A DNA stretch of 64,000 bases from a bacterium (GTDB lineage: Bacteria; Bacteroidota; Bacteroidia; NS11-12g; UBA955), in contig JAQSCZ010000094.1 in assembly GCA_029945665.1 (NCBI GenBank), forward strand, positions 9,336-73,335, given 5' to 3'. The notes beneath the pieces are model-generated. The model made no database searches and had not been told where the DNA came from. It saw nothing but the letters and a program-made list of their open reading frames with translations. Position numbers and translations under genes: made by a program. This document shows, one piece after another, positions 37,682 through 47,478 of the stretch (positions within the stretch are counted from its first letter, which is position 1; each line of letters begins with the position of its first letter).

Positions 37682-38668
37682 TTATTTCTTAATGAACGCT
37701 CTACCCAGAGGATCTTCGTAAAGTTTTTCTTTACTAAGTGATTTAAAATAAGCATAGGTTATTTTTAATCCCTCAGCACGACTTACTTTTGGCTCCCAAC
37801 CCAAAATGGCCCTCGCCTTTGTTATATCTGGCTGTCTTTGTTTAGGATCATCTGTTGGCAATGGCTTGAAAATTATTTTCTGATCAGTACCAGTTAATTT
37901 GATAATCTCTTCGGCAAAATCCTTAATGGTTATTTCATCCGGATTACCAATATTTACTGGATCTGCGCAATCGCTCAATAACAATCTATAAATACCTTCT
38001 ACTAAATCATCGACATAACAGAAAGAACGGGTTTGACTGCCATCGCCAAAGGCTGTAAGGTCTTCGCCTCTTAATGCCTGACCGATAAATGCAGGCAATA
38101 CTCTGCCATCATTCAGTCGCATACGTGGACCATAAGTATTAAATATTCTTACAATGCGTGTTTCTAATCCATGGTAAGTGTGATAGGCCATGGTCATAGC
38201 CTCTTGGAATCTTTTCGCCTCATCGTATACGCCTCGAGGACCTACAGGATTAACATTGCCCCAATAATCTTCAGTTTGAGGATGTACTTGTGGATCTCCA
38301 TAAACCTCACTGGTGGATGCAATTAACAAACGTGCACTTTTCTGTTTTGCTAATCCTAATAAATTATGAATTCCCAATGATCCCACTTTTAAAGTTTGTA
38401 TAGGAATTTTTAAATAATCAATAGGACTTGCTGGCGAGGCAAAGTGAAGGATATAATCTAACTTACCAGGTACATGAACAAACTTTGATACATCGTGGTG
38501 ATAAAACTCAAAATGCTCCAATTTGAACAAATGATCGATGTTGTGTAAATCGCCTGTAATTAAATTATCCATTCCAATTACATGGTAACCTTCTTTTATA
38601 AATCTATCGCAAAGGTGAGAGCCCAAAAAGCCTGCTGCACCTGTAATTAATACTCTTTTTTGTGTCAT
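37682..38668 (-). CDS. UDP-glucuronate decarboxylase (UDP-xylose synthase-type SDR)
   Basis: [12 protein letters not shown] Rossmann motif, catalytic YDEAKR (YxxxK) and STSEVYGDP, typical of UXS/ArnA-C-type decarboxylases. Confidence 0.88.
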   Translation of the reverse strand: MTQKRVLITGAAGFLGSHLCDRFIKEGYHVIGMDNLITGDLHNIDHLFKLEHFEFYHHDVSKFVHVPGKLDYILHFASPASPIDYLKIPIQTLKVGSLGIHNLLGLAKQKSARLLIASTSEVYGDPQVHPQTEDYWGNVNPVGPRGVYDEAKRFQEAMTMAYHTYHGLETRIVRIFNTYGPRMRLNDGRVLPAFIGQALRGEDLTAFGDGSQTRSFCYVDDLVEGIYRLLLSDCADPVNIGNPDEITIKDFAEEIIKLTGTDQKIIFKPLPTDDPKQRQPDITKARAILGWEPKVSRAEGLKITYAYFKSLSKEKLYEDPLGRAFIKK

Positions 38669-38669
38669 T

Positions 38670-39992
38670 TTATTTTATAATTTCTCTACCTATGCATTCG
38701 TAATGGTAACCCAAATTTTTCATATCTGCTGGCTCATAAATGTTTCGTCCATCAAATATTGCTTTCTGATTTAATTGACTTGCTATTTGAATAAAATCTG
38801 GTGAACGGAATTCAGGCCACTCGGTAACTACTACCAATGCATCTGCATTCTCTAAAGTTTGATACATATCATTACAATAGGTGATCGTATCACCCAATAT
38901 TCTTTGCGCTTCGTGCATTGCTACCGGATCGTATGCAGCAATACTTACGCCTGCATTTAGTAACTGTTCGATTAATACCAAACTAGGAGCTTCGCGCATA
39001 TCGTCAGTCTTAGGTTTGAAAGACAATCCCCACAATGCAATTTTTTTACCTTTTAATTCTCTAAAATAATTAGATAATTTTGTAAACATAACGTGCTTTT
39101 GTGCATCATTTACATCTTCTACAGCTTGCAGTACCTTCATTTTATACCCGTTCTCCGAGGCTGTTTTAATTAAGGCTTTCACATCTTTTGGAAAGCAACT
39201 TCCACCATATCCAATACCTGGATATATAAATTTCTGCCCAATTCTGCTATCACTTCCAATGCCTTTGCGGACCATGTTTACATCTGCGCCCATAATCTCA
39301 CATAAATTAGCAATGTCATTCATAAAACTAATTTTAGTTGCAAGCATACTATTGGCAGCATATTTAGTCATTTCAGCACTTGGAATATCCATAAAAATAC
39401 AAGGATGGCCATTTAATAAAAATGGTTTATATAAACGTGTCATCACCTCTTCTGCTTTAGTAGACTCAACGCCTATTACAATTCTATCAGGCTTCATAAA
39501 GTCATCAATAGCCGCGCCTTCTTTTAAAAATTCAGGATTACTTGCAACATCAAAACCAATTGTAGATCCGCGTTTCGCTAGCGCTTCTGATAAAGCAGCT
39601 TTTACTTTATTGGCAGTACCAACTGGAACAGTACTTTTAGTAACTACCACTAAATAATCTTTCATATAGGTTCCAATATCATTGGCCACTCCCAGCACAT
39701 ATTTCAAATCTGCACTACCATCTTCATCTGGTGGTGTTCCTACCGCAATGAAAGCGGCTTCACAATCGCCAATACTATCTTTCAAACTACTAGAAAATTG
39801 AAGACGACCTTTTTTAAAATTACGCTCTACCATTTCTTCCAAACCGGGTTCATAAATTGGTAAAATTCCTTTCTTAAGATTCTCAATTTTATTAACATCA
39901 ATATCGATGCAAACAACGTTAATACCAACTTCGGCAAAACATGTGCCTGTTACGAGTCCTACGTATCCTGTTCCTACTACAGCTACTTTCAT
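38670..39992 (-). CDS. ugd: UDP-glucose 6-dehydrogenase
   Basis: [13 protein letters not shown]-terminus and the catalytic Cys block [10 protein letters not shown]. Confidence 0.92.
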   Translation of the reverse strand: MKVAVVGTGYVGLVTGTCFAEVGINVVCIDIDVNKIENLKKGILPIYEPGLEEMVERNFKKGRLQFSSSLKDSIGDCEAAFIAVGTPPDEDGSADLKYVLGVANDIGTYMKDYLVVVTKSTVPVGTANKVKAALSEALAKRGSTIGFDVASNPEFLKEGAAIDDFMKPDRIVIGVESTKAEEVMTRLYKPFLLNGHPCIFMDIPSAEMTKYAANSMLATKISFMNDIANLCEIMGADVNMVRKGIGSDSRIGQKFIYPGIGYGGSCFPKDVKALIKTASENGYKMKVLQAVEDVNDAQKHVMFTKLSNYFRELKGKKIALWGLSFKPKTDDMREAPSLVLIEQLLNAGVSIAAYDPVAMHEAQRILGDTITYCNDMYQTLENADALVVVTEWPEFRSPDFIQIASQLNQKAIFDGRNIYEPADMKNLGYHYECIGREIIK

Positions 39993-40044
39993 TTTTTTGT
40001 ATTTTTATGTTTTAAATTTTTATTTGTTGTTTAAAATATTATTC

Positions 40045-41181
40045 TCATGCTTTAAAATAATTAAGAACGGTTTCTATTACATAATCTACTTGCTGTTCAT
40101 CCATGTCTGTACCAATAGGCAAACTCACAACATGCGAAGCAATAGATTCGCAAATTGGCAAACTCACAGCTTGGATATAGGCATTCTGTTGATGAATTGG
40201 CAGTGGATAATAAACCATGGTTGGTATACCCTTTAATTTCATAGCAGTTCTAAAATCCTCAATATTCATATCACAGGTTTGCAAGGTATATTGATGATAT
40301 ACATGCGTTGTATTTTTAGCAACTATTGGCGGCATTAAATGGCTGTGATTTTTAAACGCCTCAGTATATTTTGCAGCCACTGCTTGGCGCTCCGCGTTAA
40401 AAGAATTCAATAAAGGCAACTTAACCAACAGCACCGCTGCTTGGATCGTATCCAATCGAGAATTGATACCAATGGCATCATGTATATATTTTATCTTTTG
40501 ACCATGATTGGCAATCATTTGAACCCGCTCTTCTAGGGCATCATTATTGGTAAACACAGCACCACCATCGCCATAGCAACCCAAATTCTTAGATGGGAAA
40601 AATGAAGTGGTGGCAAGATGCCCAATGGTTCCAGACTTACATATTCTACCATCTGAGTATGTGTATTCTGCACCAATCGATTGTGCATTATCTTCTATAA
40701 CGTAGAGGTTATGCTTTTCGGCAATGGCCATTATTGTTTCCATGTCGGCACATTGACCAAATAAATGCACAGGTATGATTGCTTTTGTGTTGGCCGTTAT
40801 ATGTTTCTCAATTTCCAGAGGATTCAGGTTAAACGTTTGCGGATTAACTTCGGCAAAAACAGGTTTTAATTTCAACAACAAACACGCTTCTGCAACTGCT
40901 ATATATGAAAAACCTGGGGTAATAACTTCTGAGCCTTCTGGCAATCCTAAAGCCATTAGTGCAATTTGCAACGCATCAGTGCCATTTGCACAAGGAATTA
41001 CGTGTTTAACGCTTAAATATTCTGCTAAATCTTTTGAAAATTGCTTAACAGGAGCTCCATTTATATAATTGGCTTGATCAAGAACCGATTGCATAGATAA
41101 ATTAATATCCGTCTTTAAACGCTGATACTGACTGACTAAATCGACCATTTGAATGGGTTTCATTTCTGCTTTAATTTCCAC
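40045..41181 (-). CDS. DegT/DnrJ/EryC1/StrS-family sugar aminotransferase
   Basis: CANGTDALQIAL and the PLP-Lys region SFFPSKNLGCYGDGGAV. Confidence 0.9.
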   Translation of the reverse strand: MEIKAEMKPIQMVDLVSQYQRLKTDINLSMQSVLDQANYINGAPVKQFSKDLAEYLSVKHVIPCANGTDALQIALMALGLPEGSEVITPGFSYIAVAEACLLLKLKPVFAEVNPQTFNLNPLEIEKHITANTKAIIPVHLFGQCADMETIMAIAEKHNLYVIEDNAQSIGAEYTYSDGRICKSGTIGHLATTSFFPSKNLGCYGDGGAVFTNNDALEERVQMIANHGQKIKYIHDAIGINSRLDTIQAAVLLVKLPLLNSFNAERQAVAAKYTEAFKNHSHLMPPIVAKNTTHVYHQYTLQTCDMNIEDFRTAMKLKGIPTMVYYPLPIHQQNAYIQAVSLPICESIASHVVSLPIGTDMDEQQVDYVIETVLNYFKA

Positions 41182-41250
41182 TTTGGGGCAAATATAATCA
41201 TTGAAAATGATATTTAAGTTAGTATCTTTCTGCTATGTGAAAGCCATTTT

Positions 41251-42057
41251 TTGTTTTATATTTGCAGTATTGTGTTAAAATTTTGTTCCTTTACGTTTTG
41301 TTTTTTGTTCACATACTTTTTTTCTTCAGCGCAAGATTCTTCAAAAAGATCTATCAAACCTGAGTATAGAAACATCGTATTAATAACCCTCAACTTTGCC
41401 AGACATACTCCACTTGGCACCATGCAAGAGCGATTTGGTGCTAGCAATACCTATGGCATTGGAACTGGTTATAAATTTGGGCACAATTGGCAATTCAACG
41501 CTGGTGTAGACTTGCTATTCAGCGGCAAAGTGAAAGAAAATGGCATGTTTGATAGTATTACCGGCGCTAGTAATAGTATGATTGATGCCAATGGCAACCT
41601 TGCAGTGGTTCGATTATACGAACGCGGCTATATGTTTCATTTTGATTTCGGCAAGATTATACAAATGGATCGCATTCATAGAAACTCTGGACTCTTATTT
41701 ACAGCCGGTGTTGGGATGATGTCACATAAAATTAAATTCCAATTTACTCGTAATATTATGCCACAACTTGAGAATGGCATCTACAAGGGATACGACAGAA
41801 TGAGCAATGGCTTAATGCTCAGAGGTTTTGCTGGCTACCAACGCATGGAACCAAATGAATTTTTTAGTTTTTATGGCGGCATTGAATATCTTAAAGGTTA
41901 TACCAGAAACAGAAGAACAATAAATTACGACACAAGAATGCCTGACAATCGCTTGCGAAACGACATTCTTCTAGGAGTAAAAATCGGCGTCATATTTACC
42001 ATCACTGGTCGCACTGCTGGTAAGAAAAAAGGCGAAGAAGAAAAATTCTACCAATAA
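41251..42057 (+). CDS. hypothetical outer-membrane beta-barrel-like protein
   Basis: Signal-like N-terminus ending FFSSAQ; alternating aromatic/Gly-rich beta-strand-like pattern. Confidence 0.45.
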   Translation: MFYICSIVLKFCSFTFCFLFTYFFSSAQDSSKRSIKPEYRNIVLITLNFARHTPLGTMQERFGASNTYGIGTGYKFGHNWQFNAGVDLLFSGKVKENGMFDSITGASNSMIDANGNLAVVRLYERGYMFHFDFGKIIQMDRIHRNSGLLFTAGVGMMSHKIKFQFTRNIMPQLENGIYKGYDRMSNGLMLRGFAGYQRMEPNEFFSFYGGIEYLKGYTRNRRTINYDTRMPDNRLRNDILLGVKIGVIFTITGRTAGKKKGEEEKFYQ

Positions 42058-42066
42058 AATCCACGT

Positions 42067-43293
42067 ATGCGTATACTATATTTTATAACCATAAAATTAG
42101 TCGAATGGCTACTCCCTGCCTTTGTGATGATTTTCAAATCGCAGAAATTAAAATTATTTTTGGATGGGCAAAAACAGACATCCAAATTAGCCGAATTTCC
42201 AATGACCCCCAACCGCTATTGGTTTCATTGCGCTAGCCTAGGTGAATTTGAACAAGCTCGGCCTGTGATAGAAAACATAAAGCGCATTAATAGCGAAATA
42301 CATATCGTTATTTCATTCTTCTCTCCATCGGGCTATGAACTGAGAAAAAACTATGAACTAGCCGAAGCTGTTTTCTACCTGCCATTAGACACCCCTGCCA
42401 ACGCGAAAAAAATTATTGAGAAAATAAAGCCAACAAAAGTAATTTTTATAAAATATGAAATTTGGCCCTCTCTATTAAAAGGCCTATTTCTTAAAAACGT
42501 CCCGGTTTACTTAATATCAGCAAACTTTCGTCAAAACCAAGCGATATTTGGTATTTTCGGACAATGGTTATTCAAACTTTTGCCCCAGTACAAACATATT
42601 TTTTTGCAAAATAGAGATTCCTATAATTTGCTAAAAAGCAAAGGATTAACGAATATCAGTATAAGTGGCGACACCAGATTCGACCGTGTCTTAGAAAACG
42701 CAAAACAAGTGAAGAAAAACGAGGTACTTGAGCAATTCAAAGACCATCAAACAATACTCATATTAGGCAGTAGTTGGCCAAAAGAAGAAGAACTTTTATT
42801 CCAATACTTGCAATCACATCCCAAACCCAATTTCAAAATAATTATAGCGCCTCATGATATCAGCGACAAGCACATTGAAGCTATTCAGCACAAATTCAAA
42901 GAATATTCGCCTCAATTATTTACCAATTATACGAACTCTCAAGCACAAAATATACTCATATTGAATACCATTGGTCATTTAGCAAGTGCTTATTATTATG
43001 CTGACATGGCTTTTATTGGCGGCGGCTTTACTGGCCAACTTCACAATATCCTCGAGCCATTATCCTTTGGCGTTCCTGTATTCGCTGGGCCCATTCATAC
43101 CAAATTTCCGGAGGCAGAAATGGCAAAATTAGCCGGTATTTTCTTTGATGTCTCTGATCTAACTGAATTAGATAATTTAATTCTGAAAACAAAATCTAAC
43201 AACCTGAAAAAAGTGGCATTGGCTTTTATTGATTCAAACTCAGGAGCTACGCTATCAGTAGTTAATAGCATTTTGCAGTCAGATATAACATGA
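42067..43293 (+). CDS. waaA: 3-deoxy-D-manno-octulosonic acid (Kdo) transferase
   Basis: WFHCASLGEFEQARPVIE signature, N-terminal membrane anchor, 408 aa. Confidence 0.88.
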   Translation: MRILYFITIKLVEWLLPAFVMIFKSQKLKLFLDGQKQTSKLAEFPMTPNRYWFHCASLGEFEQARPVIENIKRINSEIHIVISFFSPSGYELRKNYELAEAVFYLPLDTPANAKKIIEKIKPTKVIFIKYEIWPSLLKGLFLKNVPVYLISANFRQNQAIFGIFGQWLFKLLPQYKHIFLQNRDSYNLLKSKGLTNISISGDTRFDRVLENAKQVKKNEVLEQFKDHQTILILGSSWPKEEELLFQYLQSHPKPNFKIIIAPHDISDKHIEAIQHKFKEYSPQLFTNYTNSQAQNILILNTIGHLASAYYYADMAFIGGGFTGQLHNILEPLSFGVPVFAGPIHTKFPEAEMAKLAGIFFDVSDLTELDNLILKTKSNNLKKVALAFIDSNSGATLSVVNSILQSDIT

Positions 43294-43427
43294 TTTATAT
43301 CCTATAAATTTATTTAAAATTATGATTTATAAGCGTACCTTTACACCCTTTAATAATCCAATAAATCAGGTTAATTTTAAAGATAAGACCTGAAAATTAT
43401 TAAGAGAGTATTTAACTTTAAAGCAGC

Positions 43428-44405
43428 ATGTCCATTCACAATATACGTTTAGAAGTAATGCAAACCATTGAAAAATCAATGCCTGAATTACTTGTACAAT
43501 ATCTTAAACCAATCGAAGAAAACTGGCAACCAGCAGAACTTTTACCTGATGCAAATAGTCCTGAATTTTTTGAGGAAATTAGAGAAATACAAGAACTTTC
43601 TAAAGAAATGGGTTATGATTTATGGGCTGTTCTTATTGGAGATACTATTACCGAAGAGGCTTTGCCTACTTATGAGTCATGGTTAATGTCCGTAGATGGT
43701 GTTGACAACGAAGGCAGAAATGGCTGGTCGCAATGGGTAAGAAGTTGGACTGCCGAAGAAAACCGACATGGCGATTTGCTTAACAAATATTTATATTTAT
43801 CAGGCCGCGTTAATATGCGCGAAATGGAGGTATCAACCCAATATTTAATTAGCGATGGTTTTGATATCGGCACAGGCAAAGACCCATACAAAAATTTTAT
43901 TTATACTAGTTTTCAAGAATTAGCTACCAATATTTCTCACCGCAGAGTTGGCACCTTAGCAAAAAAAGCTGGCAATATTCGACTTTCTAAAATTTGTGGT
44001 TTAATATCGGCAGATGAGGCCCGTCATGCTAAAGCGTATGCTGATTTTGTTTCGCGAATATTTAAAATGGATCCAAGTGAAATGATGTTAGCATTTGAAC
44101 ACATGATGCGCAAAAAAATTGTAATGCCTGCGCATTTTATGAGAGAAACGGGCAGCGCTATTGGAGAAATTTGGGGCCACTTTTCGGATGCTGCACAAAG
44201 AATTCAAGTCTATACTACCCAGGATTATATTGCTATTTTCAATGCCTTACTAAACCAATGGGAAATCGGCACTATGACTGGCTTAAATGAAAAAGCAGAA
44301 AAGGCCAGAGATTATGTGATGAAACTTCCTCAACGTTTGCAAAACATAGCAGAACGCACCAAAACACCTGAGCTGCAATACGAGTTTAAGTGGATTGGGA
44401 TTTAG
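43428..44405 (+). CDS. soluble acyl-ACP desaturase (di-iron, plant/actinobacterial type)
   Basis: Two (D/E)ExxH di-iron motifs: WTAEENRHGDLLNKYLYLSGR and SADEARHAKAY. Confidence 0.88.
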   Translation: MSIHNIRLEVMQTIEKSMPELLVQYLKPIEENWQPAELLPDANSPEFFEEIREIQELSKEMGYDLWAVLIGDTITEEALPTYESWLMSVDGVDNEGRNGWSQWVRSWTAEENRHGDLLNKYLYLSGRVNMREMEVSTQYLISDGFDIGTGKDPYKNFIYTSFQELATNISHRRVGTLAKKAGNIRLSKICGLISADEARHAKAYADFVSRIFKMDPSEMMLAFEHMMRKKIVMPAHFMRETGSAIGEIWGHFSDAAQRIQVYTTQDYIAIFNALLNQWEIGTMTGLNEKAEKARDYVMKLPQRLQNIAERTKTPELQYEFKWIGI

Positions 44406-44671
44406 GGTTCTAATGAGTCTATACCAACTCCCTTGAATGCTTGTATAAGTCGATTCCTATTTTCCTTGGTGTCTTTTAACCAAATATCCAAATCACCTGT
44501 TGCTCTTGGATTCGCATATGTATTTACTGCAAATCCGCCCACTAATAAATACTCGACTTTATTTATCTCAAGTTGTTTTAAAAAATCAAAAACAATATCA
44601 TCAAATAAGTCCATTGCCTTTTTGATTAAATACAATTCCTTTCCCTTGAGGTTTCTTGATTGGACGTCCAT
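44402..44671 (-). CDS. short nucleotidyltransferase-fold protein (possibly truncated)
   Basis: LLVGGFAVNTYANPRATGDLDIW fits the minimal NTase G[GS]x9-13DxD pattern. It is only 89 aa and overlaps the desaturase stop by 4 nt. Confidence 0.45.
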   Translation of the reverse strand: MDVQSRNLKGKELYLIKKAMDLFDDIVFDFLKQLEINKVEYLLVGGFAVNTYANPRATGDLDIWLKDTKENRNRLIQAFKGVGIDSLEP

Positions 44672-44771
44672 TATTAAAAGCTATTGCAAGCTTATTAACA
44701 CGCATCATTATTTCCCACTTCTCTTCGTTACTTAATTTTAAATATGCTATATCTCTTTTTGATTGTGCCAT
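44601..44771 (-). CDS. small hypothetical protein (56 aa) overlapping the NTase ORF by 71 nt
   Basis: I moved the start to ATG 44771 (MAQSKRDIAYLKLSNEEKWEIMMRV...). No motif was recognised. Confidence 0.3.
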   Translation of the reverse strand: MAQSKRDIAYLKLSNEEKWEIMMRVNKLAIAFNNGRPIKKPQGKGIVFNQKGNGLI

Positions 44772-44788
44772 TAAAAAAAAATAAGTAA

Positions 44789-46765
44789 TTACATATTTCT
44801 GCGATACTGTCCACCAACTTCGAAAAGTGCACTTGTAATTTGACCCAAGGAACAAATCTTACATGTATCCATCAACGCTTCGAACAAGTTGCCATTTTGA
44901 ATGGCTATCTCTTGCAAATGCCTCAACTCTTTGGCTATTTTATCCCCATTGCGATCGTGCAAATCATTTAACATCGCAATTTGATATTGTTTTTCCTCTT
45001 CTGTTGCGCGTATTACTTCCTTAGGTAATACAGTTGGTGAACCTTTGCTGCTCAAAAATGTATTCACGCCTATAATAGGAAATTCACCCGTATGTTTCAA
45101 AGTTTCATAATACAAACTTTCTTCTTGTATTTTACCACGTTGATACATGGTTTCCATAGCTCCAAGTACTCCGCCTCTTTCAGTGATTCGATCAAATTCC
45201 ACTAAAACAGCCTCTTCAACTAAATCTGTTAACTCTTCGATTATAAATGAGCCTTGAATAGGATTTTCATTTTTTGACAAGCCCAACTCTTTATTAATAA
45301 TTAATTGAATCGCCATCGCTCTTCGAACCGATTCTTCTGTAGGTGTTGTTATGGCCTCGTCATAAGCATTGGTGTGTAAACTATTACAATTATCGTATAT
45401 GGCATACAATGCTTGTAGTGTGGTTCTAATGTCATTGAAATCTATTTCTTGTGCGTGTAAACTGCGGCCACTGGTTTGAATATGGTATTTCAGCATTTGA
45501 CTGCGTTCGTTGGCTCCATATTTATCGCGCATCGCTTTTGCCCATATTTTACGAGCCACTCTACCAATTACGGCATACTCAGGATCGATACCATTGCTAA
45601 AAAAGAACGAAAGATTCGGACCAAATTCATTGATATCCATTCCGCGACTTAAGTAATATTCTACATAAGTAAAACCATTGGCTAAGGTAAATGCCAATTG
45701 CGATATTGGATTCGCTCCGGCTTCGGCAATGTGATAACCACTGATTGAAACAGAATAAAAATTTCTAACTTTATTGGTTATAAAATATTCTTGAACATCA
45801 CCCATTAAACGCAAGGCGAACTCAGTACTAAATATACAAGTATTCTGGGCTTGGTCTTCTTTTAAAATATCTGCTTGCACTGTTCCTCTCACTTGCGCCA
45901 GCGTATACGTTTTAATTTCATTGTAAATATTCAAGGGCAAAACTTGATCGCCAGTAACACCTAGCAACATAAGTCCTAAACCATCATTACTTTCAGGCAA
46001 TGTGCCTTGGTATACAGGAACCGTTTGGCCTTTTGCTTTGAAGATGTCTGCAATTTTCTGCTTAACTTCTGCTTCCAACCCATTTTTTTGAATATATAAT
46101 TCACATTGTTGATCGATGGCAGCATTCATGAAATAGCCCAACAGCATTGGCGCAGGACCATTAATAGTCATGGATACAGAGGTCTTTGGATCGGCCAAAT
46201 TAAAACCACTGTACAATTTCTTTGCATCATCTAGACAACAAATACTAACCCCAGAATTCCCAATCTTACCATAAATATCAGGTCGAACATGTGGATCATT
46301 GCCGTATAAAGTAACACTATCAAATGCAGTTGACAATCTTTTTGCAGGCATCCCCAAACTTACGTAGTGAAATCTCCGGTTGGTCCGCTCCGGTCCACCT
46401 TCACCGGCAAACATTCGGGCTGGGTCCTCTCCTTCTCTTTTAAAAGGATAAATTCCGGCAGTGTAAGGAAACTCTCCTGGCACATTTTCTTGCAATTGCC
46501 ATCTTAAGCGATCGCCCCAAGCTTTAAATTTAGGCATGGCAATTTTGGGCACTTGGGTATGACTTAAACTTTCGCTGTGGGTTTTGATTCTTATTTCTTT
46601 ATCGCGCACTTTAAAGATATAGTCTTCGTTTTTATATTTTTCAACAAGTGCATCCCATTGGGCAACAAGGTCTTTATTTTCTGGACTCAATTTGCGCTCC
46701 AATAAAAGCAATTGCTGCTCTAGTGCATTTACTAATGATTTATCCGACATTTCTGTTGATGACAT
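44789..46765 (-). CDS. methylmalonyl/isobutyryl-CoA mutase-family catalytic (substrate-binding) subunit
   Basis: [56 protein letters not shown] and [24 protein letters not shown] are typical of Icm/IcmF-type mutases. I moved the start to ATG 46765. No B12-binding DxHxxG domain is present. Confidence 0.82.
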   Translation of the reverse strand: MSSTEMSDKSLVNALEQQLLLLERKLSPENKDLVAQWDALVEKYKNEDYIFKVRDKEIRIKTHSESLSHTQVPKIAMPKFKAWGDRLRWQLQENVPGEFPYTAGIYPFKREGEDPARMFAGEGGPERTNRRFHYVSLGMPAKRLSTAFDSVTLYGNDPHVRPDIYGKIGNSGVSICCLDDAKKLYSGFNLADPKTSVSMTINGPAPMLLGYFMNAAIDQQCELYIQKNGLEAEVKQKIADIFKAKGQTVPVYQGTLPESNDGLGLMLLGVTGDQVLPLNIYNEIKTYTLAQVRGTVQADILKEDQAQNTCIFSTEFALRLMGDVQEYFITNKVRNFYSVSISGYHIAEAGANPISQLAFTLANGFTYVEYYLSRGMDINEFGPNLSFFFSNGIDPEYAVIGRVARKIWAKAMRDKYGANERSQMLKYHIQTSGRSLHAQEIDFNDIRTTLQALYAIYDNCNSLHTNAYDEAITTPTEESVRRAMAIQLIINKELGLSKNENPIQGSFIIEELTDLVEEAVLVEFDRITERGGVLGAMETMYQRGKIQEESLYYETLKHTGEFPIIGVNTFLSSKGSPTVLPKEVIRATEEEKQYQIAMLNDLHDRNGDKIAKELRHLQEIAIQNGNLFEALMDTCKICSLGQITSALFEVGGQYRRNM

Positions 46766-46867
46766 ATTTATACCCGACAAAGGTAAGAAAGAAAATGAAA
46801 ACCTGAATTGAATTTTAAGTCCTAAATATCTTTTATAAATATTTAGGGAACTCCTTATTTTTGCAAC

Positions 46868-47347
46868 ATGATTCAAAGACTTCAGAGCCTCTATTTATTA
46901 TTCAACGCACTATTAGGATTAGGATACGTCACTTTTAATATAGAATTGGCTGGATACATCACTGATATTGGAGGAGAAAAGAAGACACTTACAATTGGCT
47001 CTAGTTTTATTAAGAATTCTCTAGTTTCTGCTGGAATTGAGTTAAATATTTGGTCCATTACCTCCTTTCTATTACTTTCCATTTATTCGTTTTTTTTAAT
47101 TTTCATGTATAAAAATTTAGAGAAACAACTGCGTTATGTACGCCTCAACTTTATTGCAATCATCATCGGTCTTTCAGGTATATTCTTTTCAGTAATCTTT
47201 GCTATCAATGGCGATGACTCAACTATTGACTTAAATTTTTCTAAAAGCTTGTTTTTAACACTTTTGACACTTTTTTTTAATTTCTTAGCCTACCGAGGAA
47301 TCAAAAGAGATATAGCTTTAATAGGGTCTGCCGACCGATTAAGATAG
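46868..47347 (+). CDS. DUF4293-like integral membrane protein
   Basis: [17 protein letters not shown]-terminus and about 4-5 TM segments. Confidence 0.6.
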   Translation: MIQRLQSLYLLFNALLGLGYVTFNIELAGYITDIGGEKKTLTIGSSFIKNSLVSAGIELNIWSITSFLLLSIYSFFLIFMYKNLEKQLRYVRLNFIAIIIGLSGIFFSVIFAINGDDSTIDLNFSKSLFLTLLTLFFNFLAYRGIKRDIALIGSADRLR

Positions 47348-47430
47348 CATAAAACTAGATTGAATTGTTCTAAATTACAGCATTGTAGAGAAAATGTATT
47401 TTTTTTTTTACAATTCATCAAAAATAACAA

Positions 47431-47438
47431 TAAATTTG
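47431..47438 (+). promoter_or_regulatory. candidate -7 box TAAATTTG upstream of the cytochrome oxidase cluster
   Basis: Matches TAnnTTTG and lies 40 nt before the coxII ATG. The -33 element is not evident. Confidence 0.4.
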
Positions 47439-47478
47439 CGCACAACTTAAAAAGACCATTTCAAGTTTTTACCCAAGA

